A stretch of 63,280 nt of DNA, the filler included, from Lenisia limosa (lineage: Eukaryota > Protista > Breviatea), in assembly GCA_001655205.1 (NCBI GenBank). It is 6 parts of 6 records of this genome, joined end to end, with 100 filler letters (N's around TTAATTAATTAA, not from the genome) between each part and the next. Parts side by side here need not be neighbours in the genome. Positions count along the whole stretch, not along the records: positions 37,457 to 52,162 come from LPNZ01004476.1; positions 52,263 to 63,280 come from LPNZ01001406.1; 4 more parts are not named here. One strand, given 5' to 3'. The translations under genes were made by a program, and so were the position numbers. Under the pieces are notes generated by a model. It made no database searches and had not been told where the DNA came from. It saw only the letters and a program-made list of their open reading frames with translations. Position 1 is the stretch's first letter, and each line of letters starts with the position of its first letter. Of this stretch, positions 40,330-53,856 are shown piece by piece.

Positions 40330-43300
40330 GGGGGGCTCATCTCCTCCCCCTTGCTAATCTACATAGAATGGTTCTGATTCCCAATGAAACGTCCTCTTCT
40401 GATGGAGGGTCCAGCCAAGGGTTGTTCTGAGAAATGAGAGGATCTTGACCCCTATATCACCCCCTACCCCAAATGAAAATTCATTCAGCTTTTTACTGAG
40501 AGGGTCAACAGCTTGCATGGGAATGCCAGTGAATTCTGAGTCATTATATTCGAAACTAAGAACTATTAAAACACCACAAAAAAAGAGTTCATTAGGGGCT
40601 CTTGAAATTCTTATCTCAAAAGATAAAGACGATTTCCGTATTATGCACGGAACACGATAAGACGCAATACCCACCGTTAAACTGGATGTCAAGGTTCTCA
40701 AGAGACGGGAGGGCCGACAATACAGGGGGAAGAATGGAAAAACGGTTATGCCTTCAAGAATGAACAAAAAGAAAATCCAAATTCATGTAATATTATATCA
40801 TATTATGTACTATATTCATTCTGAGTGAAACGCCCCACCCCTACGAAATATTGAGAGTGCTGAGGCAGACTAGATGGTACATTTGAGCAGGCAGGTCACT
40901 AATCCCACATCCTGCAATATTAATAAGTAAAAACAAAAGTTCGAGGGGAATGGAGTTCATCTTGGGTGTCACCATACTCACCCCCCCAGGTTGACATATA
41001 ACCAAGAAGATCAACCTTGAGCTTCATGTCAGTCCGAAAAAAAGACAGAATTTCTCGATGAATCCTCGATAAGTATCGACACATGGCCGGAGTGAAACCC
41101 TGCATGCCTCCCACCCACCCTCAAGGGAAAGCTCGCTGAGTGCGATCATTCTCCGCCATCCCAAATGCGGAACTCGGGTCTATGGAGTGACGGGGGTACA
41201 CAGATACAAAATATAATAATATATATAGCTATGTATATTATGTATACTACATGTATATTCAATGACGATTAGGTTTGACATTCTTACAGTACCATGTCTC
41301 CTTGAAAAGGATCAGACCTTTTCTCGGTGCGTGTATAATATCATATGATTCGTAAACAACCGAAAAAGCTGAATGCCCATAATATATCTCCACCACACTT
41401 TAACGCGACTTACCAAAGATGGCGAATGGGAAAGGTGCAAAACTTCCAGAGAAGTGAGGGAGAACAGTTCTGCAGGTATCTCTGTGAGAGAACCAAACGA
41501 GTCGAGCTGAGATGTAAGTTTTTGATAGTTTCAGGCCTAGAGGTGATAATAAAAGTCAAAGCTGAAATGAGATTCTTATTATGACGACAAAAACATGTAA
41601 CATGATATTAACAATGTATTATACAATGTGTAAAGTTGAAAAACCCTACCTCAACTTCACACAGAGAAATGAACCCTTATGATTGGATAAAAGAAAACTC
41701 AAAAACAACCAAATTCTGAGGTGATACAAGATGACAAAATACCTTCAATTCGACCAAATTGGTGAGTTCAAAAACTTCGAGGGGCAGATTGGCGTTTGGC
41801 AAACTAAGGTTGAGGGAGGTCAACGTTTTATGAGCCTCGTTTATGTTGGATGGGATAGACCTGAAATGGAATGAGAGCGTGCGTCAATGTTATGGTTAAA
41901 AGCATAACAATATCTCTAATACGTATAGTAGCTCTGTAGAAACCTCGTACAGAAGTACAACGTGAATCGTTATCCCCCAGACTTCATTTTCGGTGACGCT
42001 ACTTTGAGAGTTGTGAGGCGAGGGAGGCCAAACAACTGTCGAGGTATCGAAATCTTCTTCCCAGAAACAACTTCCAACATCTCTAGACGCCTGAAAGAGT
42101 TATGATATAAAGCAGTCTGCATGAGCTTTGGAAATTAATCATCGTTGGACAACATTGAAAACAAAAAGGAAGTACAATGTGGTATATTTTAAATGTTCCA
42201 GTCTAATACGGAATGATAACGCATCTTACGGAAATAATGAAATGTTTATTATGCCATGTCACCCACTGTCAAGCCAAACCAACCTCAACCGTGTGATTGC
42301 GGACGGTATTTGCTTGAGTTTATCGGACCTGATCACGAGGGACTCAATAAACTCGGCCTCGAACAGGCCTGAAGGAAACCGATGCAGCGACGGCAGGTCG
42401 AACGTCACAGATCGCAGAGACTCAGTTACGAGAGCTGGGGGGGTTAAAATGGAAATCTATGAAAACAATTTCAGAATCAACTCTGTTGGCGAAACTTGAG
42501 GAATACACGAAGGTTGAAAAAAATAAAACAGTGCTCAGCCGAGGGTGAAGGGGGTGCTTCGTAAGCTAGCCTGATACAATACGCAGTAGATATTGAAAAC
42601 AATCTGTTTCTACATATTATAAGCTACTTACCATATAACGGGGGCAGATGTTTGACATCGTCCCCAGATAAACTCAGTTCAGTAAGGTCTGGCGATCCCT
42701 CCATCTAGATTGGTAAAGGCTAGTATCTGATGGAAAATGTCAAAAAAAAACTACCAATATTGGCCATCCCCATCAAAATACTGTCGCAATGAAAAGACCA
42801 ACTCAAAATAGGGAGAGTAGAGATGTAGTTTAGATATCGTATGCATTTACTACTTCAGAAAGAAGGGGAGTACGGTATGCCTGTAAGTTGGAGGTACCTA
42901 CCTGCAGAGTGAGAAGGTCCGTTGACTCTTTATTGAGATGGATGGTTAACCTATGGGCTCTCCGACGTTTGACACTCTCCAACATTCGGTACCTGCCACG
43001 GTGAAAATACAAGGGCTTACAGGGTTCAACAAATTCTCACAAATATCGATATTTTCGACTTTTAAGGATCATTGAGAAGCCTTAGACAATACAAAATTTA
43101 TTGGTCTCCGATATGCAAAATATATGAGTTCCTCGAACAAATACGCTATATTCTCAATGTAATGTTTTCAACGCACTAATACGATGAGCTGCCTATAGAC
43201 TGCCTACTGACCTAAATGGGAATCTGCGAATGGTCAAGGGGGTTTCTCCTGGTGAAGAAGACTCAAGGCGCTTCTTCAGATCTGATAGTTCTTTAGTGCC

Positions 43301-45162
43301 CATTGCCGGCCTTGGCTGCGACGCTGCGGGAGGGGATTATTTAAGTAAGAAAATCCCAAAGAAGGAATCTCAAGTGATTGCATATTCCACTCATACACAG
43401 TATACACACCAGTCTCAATTCATTTTCACCCGCATAGCCCCAACTTTAATGAAACCTGATAAACAAATAAGTGAACATAGTTTGATGCAACAAAATATCT
43501 ATTTTGGACCAAAGTAGTAAACTAATCACTCCACTAACCAGCTGGAAGGCTCATGTCTCGAGGGACACGGGGAGATGTGAGTTCAACCTAAAATGAAGAA
43601 TTTTAAAAAACAAACACTCCAGATGAGTGAGAGGGGGTACCAAAACTAGACTTCGACTCGAAAAAAGACTGCGAATCCCTGACTAATGGATTGTGTAGCA
43701 AATGTACATATTATATGATATAGTACATATATTCCAGCAAGCTCATTTTGTTGATAATATGGACGCATAACGATACTAATCCATGATCCCCCGTGAATGG
43801 TACATATCTATTCATTCTTTTGTCTCCTTCGATTAAAAAATAAAACTTCTTGTTCCCATCCTACCTTGCCAACAGAGCCCCGCCGTCGGTTTCGTCTCTT
43901 TTTGTTGGGGTGTATGGCGGGTGCCATCATGGGGTCTCCACCTGTTAGTGTTAGGGGTTGGAGTAACGAAAAACTAGGGTTTCATTTTGGTCCAAAGAAG
44001 ACTGACCTCAGAGTAAATCCTCAATTACTATCAGCTAGTTTACCTACCTTATTCGCACCAGAGGTAAACTCTAATACATAGAGCATAATATGTTATAATG
44101 GTTTTATGGAACACATTTTTCTTCCAGAATTGGTACGATTGAGTTTTCAATGAAGAGTTGAAAAATATCTATTACTTGAGAGTCAATATTTTGAAATATT
44201 TTTGAGAAACAGATCCTATTTGGTGTTTCTCTATGGATCTATGCTCCAGGTAAACCCTAAATGTGATATAAGAAACACTATCAAAAAAAAACCAGAATAT
44301 TCCATTTGGGCAGTATTTGTACACTTGTAGTAATTAAAGCGAGAGCCCATTAGTTTTTTTGACGATCAATTCTGGCGCCTCTCATCATTTGCAAACAACA
44401 TTTTGAGCAGTTAGAGCGAATATTGAAAACTTCAAAAAACTAATGGTCTCTCGCTTTAATAAGAATAATAGTTTAATAACAGATAAATCCTCATTCAGAC
44501 ATACCAGGCAGTAAGGAAGAGCCAAGACGGAGGGTCGAGAAAGACGTTGCTGCGACCTGCGATGGGTTTGAACAATTTTGTTTTAAAAAACCACCAACAA
44601 CAAGGCTAAAAAACTCTCATATATTCAGGGGTAAACCATATATTACTTCGTAAACAAAATGTTCATTCCAATATCTCTTATAAGCGTGANNNNNNNNNNN
44701 NNNNNNNNNTAGATAATATTAATTCGCCCGACTTCTTGTATTTCAAACGTCTAAGGCTAGCCGATATATGACAATATTCATAACAATATATGTGCTTTTT
44801 CAAACACAACCACGCCCGCTCACCACAACTGGAGGCTCTGGGGCGGATTTCTTCTGGCTGTTATACGTAAGATTGTCAAACGACGCTGATCTGCGATGGC
44901 CTGGCCGGGAAGACGGCTCCGACGGAAGGTCGTCAAGGAGTTCCCGCGGGTCCGGTGAGACTGCGTACTGGCTAAAAGGGGAATTTCGAGGAGGTAACGG
45001 GGGAGAAGGAATGGAAAGGGGGCAAGGGGTCGAGTCTTCTAAAGACTGAAGGAGTCGTTTGTCTAGATCGACAACAATGGTGCTTGGCAAGGTTGAATCG
45101 TTCGTTGGAGCTGTAGGTGACTCCTTACGTGGAGTGGAAGACTGACTTTGATTGTTTCCCAT
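40330..45162 (-). CDS. Leucine-rich repeat protein with MGNNQS N-terminus; may extend 3' to about 38100
   Basis: Exon 1 is ORF 44800-45162; LRR exons LTELSLSGDDVKHLP, IESLVIRSDKLKQIPSAITRL, LTSLNLSLPNANLPLEVFELTNLVEL, LTEIPAELFSLTSLEVLHLS; LRR cap NNPWLDPP. Confidence 0.75.
44338..44455. mobile_element. TTAA-flanked MITE (Kolobok-like termini) in an LRR-gene intron
   Basis: TTAA|AGCGAGAGCCCATTAGTTTTTTGA ... TCAAAAAACTAATGGTCTCTCGCT|TTAA: 24-bp TIR with 1 mismatch. Confidence 0.7.
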
Positions 45163-45440
45163 CTTGATATCATGGCTTGGGTGAAAATTATGTCCTATAT
45201 CTTTATTCTTATATAAATCTCTCTTTCTTTTTAACGGGTTTGATGATTAGAAATGGCGAGAAGAAAAATAATTGAAATATAATTATACATGGGGGAAGCA
45301 TGCCATATATTTGTGCCTGAATCGTTTTCCCAGCCCATGTTTACTCCAAGTTGCTCAGTTGTTCTAATACTTAATTCAGTGTGTTTTATTCATCATCATT
45401 GAAGCTTAGTCACCGGAAATTGACTTAAAGACAAGCTACT

Positions 45441-45450
45441 TTTTGGCGGG
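45441..45450 (+). promoter_or_regulatory. Candidate E2F-type site upstream of POLA2
   Basis: TTTTGGCGGG about 37 bp before the POLA2 ATG. Confidence 0.35.
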
Positions 45451-45486
45451 GTGTTTGAGATCAGTTCTTCACACTAGAGTTGCATA

Positions 45487-48400
45487 ATGCCTCCCGTTAG
45501 TGCAGAAGACATTAGAGACTGCTTTGGACAGGATATCTCAGACATCGTCGTCAAAACATGTCAGCTGGTTACCTTTTTGTTTGTTTTGAGGAATGCAGTG
45601 TTATGAAGGCTTTAATCAAGTGGCACTTCTTCCTGGCAACTTCAATGCAAAAATCTTAATTTATACCATATTAAAAAGATTTTTATTTTGCTTCGAAGCT
45701 CTTACCCCACAGGTGAAGAGATCTGCACCACTTTTGGTCTCTCAGCGGAAGACTTCCATGTCAAATACAGCACAGTGGAGCTCAACAAGGGCTGGGATAC
45801 GGTCACTGTGGATCATATGAATGAAGTAGGAATGGGATGGATCTAACCTCACTCTGGACGGAATGTCATTCTTTAGATCCGAGGCACATTGAAGTACCCA
45901 AAGAAAGCACTTCCCAAGCCCACCATCAAATCCACCTCTGCGTCTTCTCCAGCACCTTCCACCCCCCAGGCACCAAGGTGGGTTCAACAGGGTTGCTTGC
46001 GTTTGTTTGATATGCCAGTCAACAGGGTATAGAGCGTGTTTTTGGTAATTTATATCAGACAGTGTTTATTAAAGCTAGCAATATGATTTATTTATGAGAT
46101 AAACTGTGAACATACATTAATCTCCCCAAGCAACCACTTATGACAGCAGAACATCAATTGAGCCGACAGCAGTTGACAGCCCCGTAAAGCGAACTTCTCA
46201 GCCTCCCAGCCCTGTATGACCCGAATAAACTATTGGAAAAATTGTCAATATTTACAGAGGATAGCGTGCTTGGTTCAATAGATTTCATAACAGTCCCTGA
46301 CCCCCTCTCCCCCCATAACTAAATACTGGTTCTATTTTTCTTCTTTCCTTGAAGCAAGACGTTATTTCTCTATACCAAATAACTACCGTTATTTCATCTT
46401 TTTTTATCCAAAATGAAGCTCAATTATTGACTTCTTAGATGACCCCCTCCAAGAGACTGCGCGCTCAGTCTAAAGCTGAATGGTGAGTAATAAAGGGGAA
46501 TACTGCAATCTGTTGAGAAGTGTCTTCGGATGTTATAGTAAAATGTCCGTATATCAGAGGGACATCATTATCAAAAGAGGAGACCACACGGATAGAATTT
46601 GACTTCTCTAACAAACGCAGCAAATACACCGCTCGCTCCATGGCTGGAGAATGCTCCCTGTCGTTCCAGGACACCATCCCAAGTGCAACCCCCGATCTGA
46701 ACCCCAAAGGCGGCGTGAAGGGGGAAAGATAAGAAGCATAAAATCAACGAAAAGGACTTGTCAATGTGTAATCTCCTTTTCTCAAATTTTCTACTACTAC
46801 CATTCATTGCCTTGTTTCTTTCAAAAGCTGCTTGATACACGCCCTAGAAAGTTGAAGAAAAATAAAATTTTTCTTATTTTACCCTGCTCAAAATTTGATA
46901 GTATAGCCTACCTACAAACTTCCCTGCATAACTCTTCCAGGATCTTCGCACAGCGGCTCCTGACGTTGTCACTCCAATTGGTCGCTACGACCATATGGTG
47001 AACTCCCTCACAGCCGTCACAGCCGGTTGGCTAGCAAATAGCTCAGGGAGTTCGGTTCAGTTGTAACTTAGGTCCTATCGTCATAATAATATTCATATCA
47101 TTACTAGTGCAATACCTCCGACCCCTCACACCGTTGATATGGTCATTTTGCGGTTTTAACGCCAAATAGCACTCGAAAAAAGACTGGCCAATCTTGGAGA
47201 GAAGATCATTGCTGCCAATAACCTGTCCCCGCCAATCCCCCTCGGTATCGCTTCTCAGGTTTGTTACACCTTCAACCTTACATCTACGTCACACCCCCCA
47301 GAGCGTAGCTACCTATGTGGGCCGTGTGGCCATTGATGGCGAAGGCGGGGCTGTTTCAGGCGCTCTTCTCTTGGAAGGTGGGGAGAGGGTGTATTGTCTT
47401 ATTCAATATATAATGTGATTTGGTGAATTGCATGATTATGCAGCTAATTCGACAAAAAACAATCACTCTGACCCCCCCCCCCCAGGNNNNNNNNNNNNNN
47501 NNNNNNNNNNNNNNNNNNNNNNNNNNNNNNNNNNNNNNNNNNNNNNNNNNNNNNNNNNNNNNNNNNNNNNAGGCCCCCAAAAGGGTCGTTCTTGACACCA
47601 CCAGTGTTCCTGAGGTGTCGCTTTTCAGCGGACAGGTGGGGTGAAATCAATACTTTCAAACCTCTTGATGACCTCTATTAGCAACACCGGATCGAAGCTA
47701 TTCCTCTGGGTTCTTACATCCACCGTAGCTATTCCTCTGGGTTCTTACTTCCACTATGAATATTTGTTTCTAAAAGGGATAAAAATAGAGATGAATCATT
47801 TGAGGCTGCCTTCTGTGGCCTTTTTGTCACATTTCTGTCACTTCCTTTCACATTCACCTCATCAGATCATTGCTGTGGAAGGTGTGTGCGCAGATGGCAA
47901 GGTACTCAAAGCCGAATCAATCTACACAGTTGGCGGGTAGTTGGTTTTGGACTGATTTGTTCGATTCCTCCTCTTTTCCCTTCTTTTCATTCATACTCTC
48001 ATTTGATTTAATCCCATTTTCATTCAGTTACCAAGTCTCGACCTCTGTACACATCGGTGATGTTTTGTTTTTTAAAACAATATTAATCCCCCCCACACAC
48101 ACATCCCCCACTGACCCCAAAGGATGCGCCGGTTGGGCGCCGTAAGACCGGACTACCAAACCTTGAGATTGCACGTGACTTGTGTGACAACAAGCCTGTG
48201 TCTTACCTCGTGGCTGCGGGGCCTTATATGTGGGGGGAGTCTTTTGGTAGCAACTTGGATTTTGATATAGCTATTACTATATCATGTGTAATATGACTTT
48301 TAACAAATACTGCCATATTACAATTCAACGCCCCCTTCACAGCACACTAGGCTCACAAACACCCTTGACCTTTCCCCATTGAAAGACCTGGTGAACGTGG

Positions 48401-50654
48401 TGAAGGAAAAGAACCCTGATGTCTTACTACTGGTAAGCTGTCGGCAATTCTATCCAGTAAAAAGGTTCAACACGCCAACCCCCCCCCCCCCNNNNNNNNN
48501 NNNNNNNNNNNNNNNNNNNNNNNNNNNNNNNNNNNNNNNNNNNNNNNNNNNNNNNNNNNNNNNNNNNNNNNNNNNNNNNNNNNNNNNNNNNNNNNNNNNN
48601 TTTCTCCTGATTTTTTTTATTTTATTTCACCGTTTCACTCTCTGTTTTCACAACCCAGATTGGACCCTTTGTTGACGAAACGAATACCAAAATCAGGTAC
48701 GTGTAAGGCTCACTTCAGTCCGAATCAAAAAGACTAAACTTCGATAAACACTTGAAATATCATCAATATTAATTATAGTACTACATACTCTATCGATATG
48801 ATATATTATGCAGTAGTAGATAATAATATTGATGTTTTTTTAGACAATGTAATAATGATATCGCACTCTCCATTCCCATTGCAAACACATAAACTACCTA
48901 CACCAACAACTACAAATACATTCTCTTTTGACTTTATCCTCTACCCAGTTTGGAATTCTACCCCAATGGAATGTCGACCGAAGCTCTTGCTAAACAGAAG
49001 ATTTGGCAGTACCTCAATGACGCCCTTGTAAGCTGTTCTGTTAGACACTTTCTACCACGTCTTTATCATCAGTTTCATCGCTTCTTATTCTACTTTGTAT
49101 GGGATTATGTTGTTGCTGTTGACACCATCGTGTTTAAATATGCGTACCTCATATGAAATGATATTTACTTTATTAACATCGTATCTCTGATAAGCATGAT
49201 GGCGTCGACTAGGCACAGCCTTGTTTTCTTTCTCATTTCTACATATGACACACATAATCATTTTATGATGCTATAATACATAGCTATATTGTCTTTCTTA
49301 AAATGGGGTGTACTTACTGGTTCAGGCCACGCGCCCCACGCGCATCTTTGTTGTTCCGTCTTTGCGTGATGCTGATGCCTATCCCTGCATCCCGCAGCCC
49401 CCCATGGAGTTGCCGAACAACGTTATTTACTCTGAGGTTGGTTAGATCTCATTGCTGTACGTATACTACGAATATCATTCTATAAGAGGGACTAAAGGCT
49501 CAAAGCCCCCATCTTACCAAGCAGTCTACCCCCCACCGCAAGATGCACTCTTACCCGAACCCGTGCCTGCTGGCGTCTCCCGGAATGTGCATGGGTGTCA
49601 CCTCTGTCGATCTCATTTCAGCCATGGTCAGGAAATGCGTCAAGAGGTCTGCAGGTCTTGATGCGGGAGATGGGGCAGGGAGGGGAGGATTAGTTCACTC
49701 CATAATCCAGACACGAGGTTATTATTGATGATCATTCTCACAACATCAGCTCCTCAAAGCCGCTGCCTGATTTTGTCTGCGAGTCTATTCTCAACCAACG
49801 CTCGTTCTTCCCTATCCACCCTTCCCCAGAAAACCAGGTATGTCGGCCGGAAGTTGGTTAGCCATTAACATTAACATTCCCTTATTATTAGTAACCAACT
49901 TTGCGGAAATTTTAATAAACTTCTTTTTCCTCAGTTGAAATAGTATGACTGGATATATTGACCTCATTTTCAAAACATATAATGTATATCGTATTACCAC
50001 CCCCCAGATTTAATTTTGGGTATTTTTCAGTTCGATAATTCCCCAGATCGACTACAGCATGCTTGAGTCGTTGAATCTGAAGTCCACACCAGACGTCATG
50101 ATTTTCCCTTCAAAGTTACCTGCGTTCATCAAGGTCTGTGGAGTGCATTACCACATAGCCTTAGCTCTCTCTTGAAAATAAGTGGTTTCTACATGGCCTT
50201 AGCTCTCTCTTGAAAATAAGTGGTTACCACATAGCCTTAGCTCTCTCAAGTGGTTTCCTAAGCTCCGCTGTTCTTCATGACTTTGTTTTGATGCTTGAGT
50301 TTTACATTGTTGGTTTTTGAATAATCGATTTGTTTTTACTCCTCAGCTTGTGTCAAATGTTCTCTTCGTGAACCCCGGGTCCCTTGTCAAAGCAACCACT
50401 GGAGGTGGGTGGAGCGAATGAAGTTTGTTAATGTGTATATTGCACTTTCGTTTCAAACATTTTGGCAAGTTGTTTTTAGCTTTGTTAAAGCGCATTTTCA
50501 AAAATCTTCCAATTGCACCCACCCGAGCTATTTTCCTCACAATTCCCTAGGAACCTACGCCATTATCACAACCAACCCACACCCTTGCGACAAGCCCGGA
50601 CGAGTGGACAACCAGGCCGTTCTCAGGTCACGAGTCGACATCTATAAGATCTAG
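45487..50654 (+). CDS. POLA2: DNA polymerase alpha subunit B
   Basis: VSLFSGQ|IIAVEG, VAAGPY, PLKDLVNVVKEKNPDVLLL|IGPFVD, FVVPSLRD...PQPP, ILNQRSFFPIHP, TPDVMIFPSKL, FVNPGSL, RVDIYKI-stop. Confidence 0.93.
50148..50255. repeat. Tandem repeat of about 39 bp in a POLA2 intron
   Basis: ACATAGCCTTAGCTCTCTCTTGAAAATAAGTGGTT, about 2.5 copies. Confidence 0.85.
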
Positions 50655-50766
50655 ACGAGTATGGTATTAGGTTGTGTATATAATATATTGTATTGTGATA
50701 TTTCAAGGCCCTGTCAACTAATGGGATCTGTTGGCACACGGTGTATCAAGGTATTAAGAAACAAAA

Positions 50767-52031
50767 CTAAAGCACAAGGGTATCGGGGCCATCGCCACCA
50801 CCCAACATGTCGGCTATCTCCGTTTCCTCCCTGATGAGTTAGTTCAGCTCGTTTAGCTGGATGGAATGGGTACACAAATGTCCCCATTACAAATCGCTCA
50901 AAAGTAAGGTCATGATTAACATGCAAATTAGGGGATAATCAAAACGTGCTCGCAACACCCCTCCTTCCCACGGAGCGTCTAAACCTTGATGTTGGGAACA
51001 CTTCATTTTAACGTCAAGAAGCCTAAAGTCAATGAAAGTCCACATGGAAATAACAGCCGTAATATAAACACTTCCGGGCAGATAAGGAGCTCAATAAAGT
51101 CCGAAAAAACTACTTTTGGGGGAAATGAAGTGATAGTATGAATATAAGTGTCTGGAATTGAGTTCAAGTACCAACAATAACCTTCAATTTTTTTATTGAC
51201 GAATAGAGTTCAAATAAAGAAAAAACCTTACCGTGAGAGTGCGGTGAGATGAACAAGCTGGGCTTTAGTGTCTTCATGTGTACCCTGGTGCAGTGTGACA
51301 AAAATATAACAAGGGTCATGGGAAAAATGGCAGAATATAATAAAAATGGCAGTCAGCTGAATGATGTCCTACCAACCTTCAAAAGCTTCTGCTCGCCCCT
51401 GAGCTCTTTGACCTTTGATTCGCTAGCCTTGACTTGCTCCTCCAACGCCTGACGTCGACTCGGTCCTTCACCGTTCTTCTCTGCCTTCACTGCACCGAGA
51501 TAACAAGGATAACAAGTAAATTTATTGGGTAATTAAGTCTTTTTGGGACGGAATGAATGACTAAGTAATGCAGAATAAAACAACCTGTTTTACAAAATAG
51601 TATCGAGTGACATCCACAAACCCATTTCGATCCGTGTGTCCACAAGTTTGACTTGAGCCGTCAGGGTGAAGAATCTCGTCTCGAGCCTTGACGATTCTTG
51701 CTCCAAGGAGTCTAATGTACTCTCTAAACTGGCCTTTTCACTGTCCAGGGTTAGGTGTTGTGCTCACAGAACGCAAGACAGACGTTCTTGTGTTATTACA
51801 ATGAAATATGAAAAATTTAACATTTAAATAATTATGTTGTTTAATTTTGAATAGTCAATAACCAAAGATCACGATCACGATCAAAAATAACAAAAAAAAA
51901 AGGAACTCATATGATAGCTAAAGAAGCGGAGAGCAGCACCCTCAACCTCTCATGACTGGCCATGGCGGCATCATAGGCGGTTTTGGCCTCGGCATGTGAC
52001 GCTTCAATGGTCTGGGCTTGGGTCCTTAGGT
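50767..52031 (-). CDS. IFT81: Intraflagellar transport protein 81, 3' part
   Basis: Coiled-coil exons AQTIEASHAEAKTAYDAAMAS, SLEQESSRLETRFF, ELRGEQKLLK, RLLDVKMKC and terminal GGGDGPDTLVL-stop resemble the IFT81 C-terminus (GGEDRLVL). Confidence 0.8.
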
Positions 52032-53520
52032 CTGCAACGTGAGGTGAGTATCAAGTATCTTCGATACATCATGTTGATTCATATGTATGTTTTGTTGCCT
52101 TAAATGTCTGTGTGGTTGTGTTTCTCTCCCCACAGCGGAATCAAAGCAAAAAAAAAAAAAAANNNNNNNNNNNNNNNNNNNNNNNNNNNNNNNNNNNNNN
52201 NNNNNNTTAATTAATTAANNNNNNNNNNNNNNNNNNNNNNNNNNNNNNNNNNNNNNNNNNNNCTACTCTTTGAAATGCCCTAAGAAGGGGAGTGGGGAAC
52301 ACTTAAACAGGAGATAGAGGATGGAAGTGGAAGAAAAAACGTGACTTCTTTTAAAGGGCTTCTATCTTACTACTTCACTATAATATTTCAAGTAACTATG
52401 ATTTAGGAATAAACTGGAGTGTCGAGCACTTTTTTGCTGAATTTTTTCTTTTGATTCAGTGAAAAAGTGTTCGTTACACTCCATTCCACTCTTCTTTCTT
52501 CTGTTTCCGATAAACTTAATATAAAATCATCAAACCTACTGTTTTGGTCAATATAACACTTTTCAATGTTGCATCTCAATTTGTAAAAAAACCTTCCAAC
52601 AAGATCTTGTGCTGATCTGTCTCAAAAATTGAATTTCTATAAAAGCCTTACTGAGACATTTTTTAATTTTATTGTATGTATGTAGTTTTTGGTTTAAATT
52701 TTGTTGAAATAGCCGGGTTAAAGNNNNNNNNNNCTTTACGGAAATACGGATAATTTACGGGAATTCTGCGCGGTAGCATATAGAATGGGCGAATACAGTC
52801 ACCTAAAATCAACCGATAAATTATGCATGGATAAAACAGTTACAGTTACTAATAGTTAATTTCTTAGACCTGATCAATTGCACTCATTTTTGTTGTTTAT
52901 TGCTAATCACAAGTTCAGAAAATCGAAATCAATGACCTGCGTTTCCACAAGGAAAATGCTCGTTCGGTTTGCTTGAGGTTTCACCTATTGTTTCACCATT
53001 GTTTAATGATAATAAATGTCTTTGTTTTATACAATATCTCGAGCATCATTAACATCCTCCAAGAAGAACAAGTCAAAAGATGTTGCTTTCATGGGGCAAT
53101 AATATTTTGGTGAAATAATACTTTGCTACAATCCAATATCTCTTTTTTGGTGTGGTTATTATCTCGAAATAATATACTATCTCAATGTGATTTTCATAAT
53201 TACTTTTATTTTAAATCAGAAACTCTTTTTCAACCGGGACATTCTTCGAAAATTCTTAACTAATCAGTGCCCAAACTATTTAAGGAACTTTGACCAAACC
53301 GCCTATATCTTGAAAGACCTTAAGGTGGGGGGAACCAGTCGCTTTTCTTGCAGATCTTGGAGCTCTTCCAATATTTCTTGTTTATTACGCTCACTCTTAT
53401 TATTTGGGACTTATCAGTACTTGCAATTAATTTTGAGGAAATTATTGACAAAATATGAAATTAAAGGGGCATAAAAGTCCTCCAAAATTGACTTCCCTTT
53501 ACAGCGGGAGTCTGCTTTTG

Positions 53521-53619
53521 CAGCTTCACTTCGGTTCGAAAAAAGACTGAATTTCTGGATAAATCCTCGAAAACTATCGACATTTTACCAGTCTTTTTAG
53601 AACAGAAGTGAAGTCCTAC
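53521..53619. mobile_element. MITE family A copy
   Basis: CTTCACTTCGGTTCGAAAAAAGACTG ... CAGTCTTTTTAGAACAGAAGTGAAG inverted termini around the family core. Confidence 0.7.
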
Positions 53620-53770
53620 TTCCCTTCAACTAGTTTCACCCTTGCAGGAGGAGGAGCTCCCACGAATATCACCTTTGATCGATAAACTCTTGGAAATTGA
53701 CCCCTTCCATATGGTGCCTGTAATATTTGTCCCTGAAAAGTAGGAGTAGTATCTAAGAGGGGGTAAAATA

Positions 53771-53823
53771 CAGTGACCAGGATAAAAATTAACCGATTAT
53801 TTCATGACTTATCCAGGTCACTG
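53771..53823. mobile_element. Tc1/mariner-like mini-MITE (family B)
   Basis: TA|CAGTGACCAGGATAA ... TTATCCAGGTCACTG|TA: 15-bp TIR with 1 mismatch, TA flanks. Confidence 0.75.
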
Positions 53824-53856
53824 TATCATATCATATCATATAGTATATATGTATAG

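Noticed and set aside
39300-40400. ROCO (LRR-Roc-COR) assignment for the LRR gene
   Set aside because: No GxxxxGK(T/S) P-loop or WDFxGQ motif could be read after the LRR cap.
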